Origin: a virus
IMG/VR virus record: IMGVR_UViG_3300028025_000092
Length of the DNA: 64,000 nt
Strand: one strand, 5' to 3'
The notes under the pieces were generated by a model. That model ran no database searches. It saw only the letters and a program-made list of their open reading frames with translations, and had not been told where the DNA came from. A program made the translations under genes and the position numbers. Shown in pieces: positions 39,385 through 47,249 of this stretch (the stretch's first letter is position 1; each line of letters opens with the position of its first letter).

Positions 39385-41934
39385 ATGAAAGAAATAACAG
39401 ATTTAACTATAAACTCCGTATCATCAGCAGGTGCAAATTTCGGGTTAATAGCTGACCAAAATTTTAGCCAAATAAAAGATGCGATAAATCTTCTCCAGTC
39501 TACTTTTGGTATAACTATTGAAATACCTGGATTTGATTCACAAAATTCAAATTTTTTATTAAATAGGGTAAATGCAAATGCCATAAAACTTCCAACCACG
39601 GGAGCAGTTAAAATAGGTCTAGATGGTGCTAATGGGGGTATTACAGGTTCTTCTTTCAATGTTACTAATAATGCATATGTTGGTGGGGATTTACTTCTTT
39701 ACAACAAAAACGGTACAGGCGGTAGAGTAAAATTTAGGGTAGACAGAAACACAGAGGTAACCAAACCAGCAGAACCAGGAGATGTTAGATTTACTGGTAA
39801 TGCGTTTCAGGGATATGTTTATCAAGGAGATGTTTCTTCTAAATTTGTTTTTTCTATAAACTCTGGTGTATCTGGAGGAACTATAAGCGTAGTATTTAAT
39901 GGTACTACAATCACAACAACAACATGGCAGGGTTCAGTTTATCAAACCGGACTAAAAATCGTTGCTGATATACTTGCAATAGACACTACTTTATATCCGA
40001 TTAAAGCATCATCTGATACAACTTCGGTAACTGTAGAGTCTTTACCCGGATATTCAGCTGCTCTTAATGGCGCAACAGTAGGATTAACATCCTCTAATAT
40101 TTCAGTTACCCCATCTTCGGGGGAAATGCTGGGAGGAATAGAAGGTGCTAAATCCTGGGTAAATTTCAGTGGATATATTGGATCCACTGGTGCAACAGGA
40201 CCTGCAGGACCTACGGGAACAACCGGACCTACCGGTCCTCCTAACGGACCAACTGGACCTTCCGGAACCTCAGGATCATCAGGACGCTCTGGGACATCGG
40301 GATCTAGCGGATTAAGTGGATCCAGCGGGATATCGGGATCTTCAGGTACTTCAGGAACTATGGGTCCAACTGGACCAACGGGGGACGGAGGATCACAGGG
40401 ACCGAGGGGTGTGACTGGAGCAGCGGGAACCTCTGGAATAAACGGAACATCGGGATCTAGCGGAAGTACAGGAACATCAGGATCATCCGGAACATCGGGA
40501 ACATCGGGATCTTCAGGGACTAGCGGATCTAGCGGTACCTCTGGTGCGAACGGAACCTTCGGAACATCAGGTACAACGGGTACATCCGGATCAAGCGGAA
40601 GTACGGGAACGTCGGGATCGTCCGGAACAAACGGAACATCGGGATCAAGCGGAAGTACAGGAACGTCGGGATCTTCTGGATTAGCAGGTGACCGATATTC
40701 ATCTGAAGCATTTTTTGTAGATAGCGGACATACAACTCAATTATCATTAAATCTTAGCACGGTAACTTTAGGATCTACAATTTATTTTAATACCAACGAA
40801 TTAAATCTTGCATATACCATAGCACAAAGTGTTATTGTAGCAGTAGATGAATCTAATTTTATAGCGGGAAACGTACTCTCATATAATGAGACAAATGGGG
40901 AGATGTCAGTTTTAGTTACTGACGTAGAGGGAACATCAACTTACCCAGCAGGTGAATTTTTAGCAATGAATCTAGATGGTGCAGTTGGTCCTTCTGGATC
41001 ATCGGGAACTTCTGGATCATCAGGAACTTCAGGGTCTAGTGGAAGAACAGGATCTTCAGGATCTTCAGGATCAACCGGCACCTCCGGAACATCAGGTGCT
41101 GATGGATCTTCAGGATCTTCTGGATCTTCAGGATCTTCTGGATCAACTGGCACCTCAGGAACATCAGGTGCTGATGGATCTTCAGGATCTTCTGGATCTT
41201 CTGGATCTTCAGGAGTGAACGGATCCTCAGGATCTTCAGGATCTTCGGGGGTATCAGGATCTTCCGGATCTTCCGGAGCAAGCGGTACGTCTGGAACCTC
41301 AGGAGCTAATGGTGCTGCTGGATCTTCTGGAACCTCAGGAGCTAATGGTGCTGCTGGATCTTCTGGAACCTCAGGAGCTAATGGTGCTGCAGGATCTTCC
41401 GGGACATCGGGCGCTAATGGTGCTGTCGGATCCTCTGGAACATCGGGTGTTGGTGGTGCAAGTGGAACTTCAACACAGGTTGCATTTTTTACCGGAACAA
41501 CAACTCTAGGATCTGACTCTGGATTATATTGGGACAACACCAACAAGAGATTAAGTATAGGAGCAGGTACAAACCCAGCCTATCCTCTAGAAGTTGAGGG
41601 TAACGTTTCCAATATTTCAATCTATGCAGATTTTGATATTGCTGCTTTCTCCGATATTTCAGTTAAGGAAAATATAGAAGAAATATCAAACGCTATAGAA
41701 AAAATAAAGGAAATAAGAGGAGTAACCTTTACGAGAAAAGACTCAGAGGATAAAGCTAGAAGAGCTGGGGTTATTGCACAGGAGGTTCAAAAAGTTCTTC
41801 CAGAAGTTATAACAGAAAAAGAGGACGGAACCTTAATGGTTTCTTACGGGAACTTAGCTTCCCTGTTGATACAAGCAATTAAAGAACAACAGGTTAAAAT
41901 AGAGGAATTAGAATCAATAATAAAGAAGAGATAG
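39385..41934 (+). CDS. Collagen-like tail fibre with C-terminal peptidase S74 intramolecular chaperone
   Basis: Two long Gly-X-Y runs; C-terminal SDISVKENI...IRGVTF...GVIAQEVQKVLPE...VSYGNL..LLIQAIKEQQ. Confidence 0.88.
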   Translation: MKEITDLTINSVSSAGANFGLIADQNFSQIKDAINLLQSTFGITIEIPGFDSQNSNFLLNRVNANAIKLPTTGAVKIGLDGANGGITGSSFNVTNNAYVGGDLLLYNKNGTGGRVKFRVDRNTEVTKPAEPGDVRFTGNAFQGYVYQGDVSSKFVFSINSGVSGGTISVVFNGTTITTTTWQGSVYQTGLKIVADILAIDTTLYPIKASSDTTSVTVESLPGYSAALNGATVGLTSSNISVTPSSGEMLGGIEGAKSWVNFSGYIGSTGATGPAGPTGTTGPTGPPNGPTGPSGTSGSSGRSGTSGSSGLSGSSGISGSSGTSGTMGPTGPTGDGGSQGPRGVTGAAGTSGINGTSGSSGSTGTSGSSGTSGTSGSSGTSGSSGTSGANGTFGTSGTTGTSGSSGSTGTSGSSGTNGTSGSSGSTGTSGSSGLAGDRYSSEAFFVDSGHTTQLSLNLSTVTLGSTIYFNTNELNLAYTIAQSVIVAVDESNFIAGNVLSYNETNGEMSVLVTDVEGTSTYPAGEFLAMNLDGAVGPSGSSGTSGSSGTSGSSGRTGSSGSSGSTGTSGTSGADGSSGSSGSSGSSGSTGTSGTSGADGSSGSSGSSGSSGVNGSSGSSGSSGVSGSSGSSGASGTSGTSGANGAAGSSGTSGANGAAGSSGTSGANGAAGSSGTSGANGAVGSSGTSGVGGASGTSTQVAFFTGTTTLGSDSGLYWDNTNKRLSIGAGTNPAYPLEVEGNVSNISIYADFDIAAFSDISVKENIEEISNAIEKIKEIRGVTFTRKDSEDKARRAGVIAQEVQKVLPEVITEKEDGTLMVSYGNLASLLIQAIKEQQVKIEELESIIKKR
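40180..41470 (+). repeat. Gly-X-Y (GPT/GTS/GSS) repeats, including 36-bp GANGAAGSSGTS units, interrupted by a ~100-aa globular domain
   Basis: Visible 9-, 36- and 72-bp periodic duplications. Confidence 0.85.
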
Positions 41935-41938
41935 AATC

Positions 41939-42469
41939 ATGTCAAAATTATCCGAGGTAGACAAAAGGCTAATCAATGGTGTAATATCATCTATTGATTG
42001 GGATCAAATAGCTAAGTTTTACAAGATACTCAACAAAAAAATAGGGTATGAACAGGTAAAAATCAAGGGCATAACTAGAAACGATAAAATCACAACAGAT
42101 TCTCTACAAGAGGAATTATTAAGGGTTTTAGAATACGTTATAGACAACGACCTTCCTGAGATGTCATATGGTCCCTGGTTAATTATTTGGACAAATGGAG
42201 AATGGGAGATAATGGAAAGCATCCAAGCAGGTTTAGAAGAAAGCCAAGAAGAAATACAAATTCCTATTATGGAATCTAAGCTTCAGGTTCATTTTATACC
42301 CCAGACTGTTACCATGAAGGAAGACGTTGATCTCCCACAGGATTTTTTCGAGATGGACGATACCGTTATTTTAGAGGGGAGGCTCAAGACGTGCATTGAA
42401 CAAGAAGATTATGTTTTGGCTGGCAAGATAAGAGACGTAATTGAAGAACTTAACAAAAGAAAGAAATGA
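41939..42469 (+). CDS. Hypothetical protein with C-terminal UVR (UvrB/UvrC) coiled-coil motif
   Basis: LKTCIEQEDYVLAGKIRDVIEEL. Confidence 0.7.
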   Translation: MSKLSEVDKRLINGVISSIDWDQIAKFYKILNKKIGYEQVKIKGITRNDKITTDSLQEELLRVLEYVIDNDLPEMSYGPWLIIWTNGEWEIMESIQAGLEESQEEIQIPIMESKLQVHFIPQTVTMKEDVDLPQDFFEMDDTVILEGRLKTCIEQEDYVLAGKIRDVIEELNKRKK

Positions 42470-43389
42470 AGATTAAAAAGCTAAACGAACAATTTTCCCA
42501 ATCATTCTCCGGGGATGGATTTAATAGTTCTAATGGGGTTTTTAAGGTTAGATATAAAGCCTATGACGACCTATCCCAGTCTAAAGGGAGGGAAATTCAC
42601 CCCTATGATCACGTTAATGGCGAGGAATTTCAGGTAGGGGATTTAGTGTTGGTTAATTTAGGTTCTAAAACCAAAAAGAAAATGAAAGCCGAGGTGGTAT
42701 CTTCTTTTAGAACTGAAGACGGAAAAACAACTAAGTTTAAGGTTAAAAGTACTGCTACTAATAAAATCTATGCAGTTCCTGTTTATGCTATTGAATTTTT
42801 ACAAGATAATGGTAACGCGATAACAAAAAAGGGTGCAAATGGAAGCACCATAGCGAATAAAGAAAAATGGTTAAACTCGCTAAAGTATAATAATGGTAAT
42901 TTTATTTGGGGATCATTAGAATCTAAAAAACTTAATATGAAATCAGATATGCTTCTTAAAGAGGGTGACTCGGTAATGGAAAGACCAAGCATAATAGACC
43001 CTGCTATGAGTGTGGTTTTAATAGATGATACACATCCAGATTATGCAACACACATAGAAAATTTTAAAAAACTAGGATCAATCTATACCATCCCAGAAAA
43101 TAAATCAATCTATATCCACAAAAAAGATCCATCTTTTGCAAAATTTAATGATAATCACCTAGTGGTAATAGAGGCTGTAGAAATAGCAAAAATTCTTTCT
43201 AATAAAAAAGACGTTATGGATGAAAAGTATAATGACGTTTTAGCTGCTCAGATTTTAAGAAACAAAGGTCTTAAAGAAGCGTATAAGATAATAGCTTCTA
43301 ATTTTCTTAAGAAATATGGGACATCATACGGAGAATGCGCCGATGAATTTATTCCTTCAATGAAGCAGTATTTACCAGAAAGAAAATAA
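42466..43389 (+). CDS. Hypothetical protein: SH3/KOW-like domain plus degenerate metallopeptidase-like domain
   Basis: FQVGDLVLV...; HLVVIEAVEIAK...DEKYNDVLA. Confidence 0.6.
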   Translation: MKIKKLNEQFSQSFSGDGFNSSNGVFKVRYKAYDDLSQSKGREIHPYDHVNGEEFQVGDLVLVNLGSKTKKKMKAEVVSSFRTEDGKTTKFKVKSTATNKIYAVPVYAIEFLQDNGNAITKKGANGSTIANKEKWLNSLKYNNGNFIWGSLESKKLNMKSDMLLKEGDSVMERPSIIDPAMSVVLIDDTHPDYATHIENFKKLGSIYTIPENKSIYIHKKDPSFAKFNDNHLVVIEAVEIAKILSNKKDVMDEKYNDVLAAQILRNKGLKEAYKIIASNFLKKYGTSYGECADEFIPSMKQYLPERK

Positions 43390-43391
43390 TA

Positions 43392-44099
43392 ATGTCGATA
43401 GAGAGAATAAGGAGAAGAATACCGATGCCTGAGGATTTCCCAAAAAAATCACAGGATTTAGTCCCCCCGCAAAAATATACAAACAGACCCATAGAATCCT
43501 ATAAACAATTTATAGGACTTCACAAAGAACAATCATTTGTGATATGTGCGTGTGGATCTTCGTTAAACGATTATACAGATTTTAACAATCATATAACTAT
43601 AGGTGTTAATGATTCAGGCACTAAGGTGTGGTGCAAATATCTCGTTGTAGTTAATGAGCCTAAAACATTTAAATGGAACAGATGGCCATCAGTTAGAATG
43701 AATAACTCTGATTTTGTTTTTACCCATCTCGCTGATTTACCGATTGACAATCCAGATGGAAGAAGAATAGTTGTAAATCTTGGAAAATACGAAGGACTGG
43801 ATCTTGATAATTATGGATCTATAGATTACACAACAAATTCTCCTTACATGGCTATTATTATAGCTTATCAAATGGGTGCTAGAAAAATAGCTTTAGTTGG
43901 TGTTGATTTTACCCCCAACCATTTTTTTGCAGAGACTGGAGATCATATTATTATGAGGGAAATAGAAAGGGTAAAAGAGCAATATTCAAAATTAGGAAGG
44001 GCCTTGATCGAAAAAGGAATTAGAATTGCTAACCTCTCACAGACAAGCTTAATTGAATCCTGGCCCAAAATGACCCTGGATCAATTTGAAACTCTCTAA
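43392..44099 (+). CDS. Maf/DUF115-like (GT29/GT42-related) glycosyltransferase
   Basis: FVICACGSSL, ITIGVND, MAIIIAYQMGARKIALVGVDF, IANLS. Confidence 0.7.
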   Translation: MSIERIRRRIPMPEDFPKKSQDLVPPQKYTNRPIESYKQFIGLHKEQSFVICACGSSLNDYTDFNNHITIGVNDSGTKVWCKYLVVVNEPKTFKWNRWPSVRMNNSDFVFTHLADLPIDNPDGRRIVVNLGKYEGLDLDNYGSIDYTTNSPYMAIIIAYQMGARKIALVGVDFTPNHFFAETGDHIIMREIERVKEQYSKLGRALIEKGIRIANLSQTSLIESWPKMTLDQFETL

Positions 44100-44114
44100 G
44101 ATTTATTAGTTATA

Positions 44115-44891
44115 ATGGAGATGAGTAACCAAAAAACGGGGATTTTAGTAAGATTCCCATTAGTACAGAAAAAAGGTAAAAAACCAGGATATCAGGTCTC
44201 CTTTGGAGATTTCATGTTAAGGAAAATTAGCGAGGGATTAAATATTGGATATAAATGTTTTGTTTTTGAAATAACAGACGACGATTTTGATTCATTAGAA
44301 TTTAACGTGACCGAGAGCGCAGGGGAATCCCTTAATAATTATATTAATAATCTAGGAGTTAGAGTAGCTTTATACATCAAGGGGAAAAAATACCTAACCT
44401 CAGATTCAGAGGCTGAAATTTTATCTGCACACTCCCAGATCGTATCATGCTTAGATTTTATAAAAAAACTTGACATAAAGGATTTTCAAGAAGTTCCTAT
44501 TATTCTGCACATAGGGGGTGCAAAGGGCGATAGAAGAGGAACCATGGAGGATTTTTGTAAAAAGGTAGAATGTTGGTTTCATGAGGACGATATTAAAAGA
44601 CTTGCAGTGGTAAATGATGAAAAACCAAGTTTATTCTCTGTAAAAGACTTACTTCCTGGTGTTTTTTATAGGATTAAAATACCCATAGTTTTTAGATCGA
44701 CATCATACCCAACAAATCAAGGTAACCTAACACTTAACGAATCTTTATTTTTAGCAGCATCCACCTGGAAAAGAACTGTAAATCCTATATTTTTATATCT
44801 TCCAGGTAATACCAATATCGGAAGCGAAGAGACTAGACCATTTGGTCTTGAGCTTGATTTTGTCTTCGATAATAGACTCCCAGAGCCTTAG
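44115..44891 (+). CDS. uvsE: UV-damage endonuclease (UvsE/UVDE) homolog with degenerate active site
   Basis: IILHIGGAKGD, RLAVVNDEKPSLFSVKDL, IPIVF, LAASTW; metal ligands substituted. Confidence 0.7.
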   Translation: MEMSNQKTGILVRFPLVQKKGKKPGYQVSFGDFMLRKISEGLNIGYKCFVFEITDDDFDSLEFNVTESAGESLNNYINNLGVRVALYIKGKKYLTSDSEAEILSAHSQIVSCLDFIKKLDIKDFQEVPIILHIGGAKGDRRGTMEDFCKKVECWFHEDDIKRLAVVNDEKPSLFSVKDLLPGVFYRIKIPIVFRSTSYPTNQGNLTLNESLFLAASTWKRTVNPIFLYLPGNTNIGSEETRPFGLELDFVFDNRLPEP

Positions 44892-44917
44892 CATTTTATT
44901 CTTCCGAGGATTTCTTC

Positions 44918-44925
44918 TATATTTG
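44918..44925 (+). promoter_or_regulatory. Bacteroidota-type -7 element TATATTTG
   Basis: 17 nt before the nei ATG. Confidence 0.6.
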
Positions 44926-44942
44926 TAAAAACAAATACAAAT

Positions 44943-45761
44943 ATGCCAGAAATCAGCGAAGTAAGAATTATGTCAGAGTTTATCAACAGGGTTTCTTCTG
45001 ACGTTGATTATTTTGTTGGGATATCTAAAAATCCTGAACACAAAAGCAAAACAAGTCTAGTTATCCCATTTAAGCATTTTCAGATTAAAGCCTTTTCAAG
45101 AGGTAAAGAATTAATGCTTAGGTTTGTAGTGCTGGATTTTTCATACGAATATTCGGATTTTCAATCCTTAGTTTTTACCATGGGAATGAGCGGCAATTGG
45201 AATTACTCAAAAACAATATTCGAAGTACCTAAACACACGCATCTTATGATTATGGATTGCCACGGAGGTGTATTAGGAATGAATGATGTCAGAAGATTTG
45301 CTCGTTGGGATTGGAGAGGATGGAACGAAGAAAGGGGACACGATCCGGTTCAAGAGACAGAACCTTTTAAGAGAGAGATATTAAATAACCTAACAAAAGA
45401 TCGGATCTTTCAAAAGCCTATTTACGAGGTGATGATGAATCAAAAATATTTTAATGGTGTTGGAAATTATTTAAGAGCTGAGATTCTTGGTAGAATAGAT
45501 TTAGATCCAAGATTATCCGCCAGAGATTATATCACGGAAGCAGGAGATAAATTTTTTAATATAACAGAAAAAATAATTGTTGAATCATACGAACTGGGGG
45601 GAGGACAATTTAAAGATTGGTACAATCAGGCGGACCTAGAAAAGAAGAAGAGCAAAGAATTCCAAGCATGGATGCAATTCTATTTTAACAGAGAAAGATG
45701 TGAACCGATTAAAGATAAACAGGATCGTAATTTTTGGATCGATAAAAAATGGCTAATATGA
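44943..45761 (+). CDS. nei: Fpg/Nei family DNA glycosylase/AP lyase, NEIL1-like (zincless finger)
   Basis: MPE..E catalytic N-terminus, RGKEL, GMSG, DVRRFARW, H2TH NQKYFNGVGNYLRAEIL; no CxxC zinc finger. Confidence 0.92.
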   Translation: MPEISEVRIMSEFINRVSSDVDYFVGISKNPEHKSKTSLVIPFKHFQIKAFSRGKELMLRFVVLDFSYEYSDFQSLVFTMGMSGNWNYSKTIFEVPKHTHLMIMDCHGGVLGMNDVRRFARWDWRGWNEERGHDPVQETEPFKREILNNLTKDRIFQKPIYEVMMNQKYFNGVGNYLRAEILGRIDLDPRLSARDYITEAGDKFFNITEKIIVESYELGGGQFKDWYNQADLEKKKSKEFQAWMQFYFNRERCEPIKDKQDRNFWIDKKWLI

Positions 45762-46453
45762 TAAGTAAAGACACGCTCAAGAAAATTCTATATTTTGATA
45801 TAGAAACAGCAGGAATACACGAAACGTTTTCAGATCTACTCTTAGCTGATTCTCGGCTAGCAAAGATCTGGGAAAAAAGATGTGTCTGGCTTAGAAAAAA
45901 CTCAGGGGAAGAATACAAGGATGCTACTCTGGATCAATTATGGTTAGATAAGTCTTCTTTGCATCCTGAATTTGCTAAGATTGTTTGTATCAGTTTTGGT
46001 GCATATAGTGGTGATGAGGTTAAAATACAATCTCTGATTGGGGAAGAGCATGAGATTCTATCTAATGCAAATAAAATATTTAACAATGCGGTTTCTAAAG
46101 GATGGAAACTAGGGGGGCATACAATTAAAAATTTCGACATTCCCTTTGTTGGAAAAAGAATGATAATCAATAAGATTGATCCCTCCCCTCTTATTGGTCA
46201 GTTAAACAGAAAACCGTGGGATTCTCCGGTAATAGATATTTCAGAGGTCTTTGCATTTGGAGGGTATGGACAGACCCATTCTTCATTAGATCTTATGTGC
46301 TCTGTACTGGGGCATGAGTCACCCAAGGACGAAATGGACGGATCTTTAGTCCATCCGTATTTTTATTCAGGAAGAATAGAAGAAATCAAGAAATATTGCG
46401 AAATGGACGTTAAGTACCTTATGAAGTGCTACGAGTCCTTCTCTTTCGAATAG
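45749..46453 (+). CDS. 3'-5' exonuclease, PolB-related DEDD family
   Basis: YFDIET, KIVCISFG, GHTIKNFDIPF, YCEMDV. Confidence 0.88.
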   Translation: MANMISKDTLKKILYFDIETAGIHETFSDLLLADSRLAKIWEKRCVWLRKNSGEEYKDATLDQLWLDKSSLHPEFAKIVCISFGAYSGDEVKIQSLIGEEHEILSNANKIFNNAVSKGWKLGGHTIKNFDIPFVGKRMIINKIDPSPLIGQLNRKPWDSPVIDISEVFAFGGYGQTHSSLDLMCSVLGHESPKDEMDGSLVHPYFYSGRIEEIKKYCEMDVKYLMKCYESFSFE

Positions 46454-46468
46454 CACAATATGTTAATG

Positions 46469-46476
46469 GATATATA
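46469..46476 (+). promoter_or_regulatory. Late promoter box GATATATA
   Basis: 15 nt before GTG 46492. Confidence 0.7.
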
Positions 46477-46491
46477 CAATAAAATATCCGG

Positions 46492-47238
46492 GTGGCTAGT
46501 CGCATCAAAAATTTTAATGATTGGATTTTAAATGAGGATCAATTCTACCAAAAAGAATTGAATACTGCATTTTGGCAGGATCAACAGTTTGATCCTTCTA
46601 TCAGAGAAAAACTTCTTCAGATAGCAGAGGAATTTTATGCCACCTTTAAATTGGAAGTTCCTATTAGTGATATCCAATTAACTGGATCCCTTGCAAATTA
46701 TAACTGGACCCCAAAATCAGATCTCGATGTCCACGTTTTAACAGACTTTTCTAAGATCAATCCGGATATAGCTTTAGTTAAAAAAGGCCTAGACGGGCAA
46801 AGATTCGTTTGGAATCTACGTCATAACATAGTTATCAGAGGGTATGACGTTGAGCTTTATCTGCAGGATATTAACGAGCCTCACGTTGCTTCTGGTCTTT
46901 TCTCATTATTAAATAACGAATGGATCAGGGTTCCTAAGTACAATCCGCCACAAATAGACGAAAGAGATGTTCAGCTAAAATTTGAGGGTATTGTTAATGA
47001 TATCAATCAATTAAACGTACAACTTCAAAACCCCGCCCCAGAAATGGATCCGAGAGATCTTTATAATCATGCAGAAAAAGTCAAATCCAAGATCATGAAG
47101 ATGAGAAAGGACGGGCTTGCAGAGAGAGGGGAATTTTCGGTAGAGAATCTAGTCTTTAAAAAGTTAAGAAACGAAGGATATATACAGAATCTGATAGATC
47201 TAATATCAAGATCCTACGAAAAAATATATAACGAATAA
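46492..47238 (+). CDS. Pol-beta superfamily nucleotidyltransferase
   Basis: TGSLANYNW...SDLDVH (GS...DxD) and third acid in GYDVELY; N-terminal IKNFNDWILNE. Confidence 0.8.
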   Translation: MASRIKNFNDWILNEDQFYQKELNTAFWQDQQFDPSIREKLLQIAEEFYATFKLEVPISDIQLTGSLANYNWTPKSDLDVHVLTDFSKINPDIALVKKGLDGQRFVWNLRHNIVIRGYDVELYLQDINEPHVASGLFSLLNNEWIRVPKYNPPQIDERDVQLKFEGIVNDINQLNVQLQNPAPEMDPRDLYNHAEKVKSKIMKMRKDGLAERGEFSVENLVFKKLRNEGYIQNLIDLISRSYEKIYNE

Positions 47239-47249
47239 AAAAAAATACA

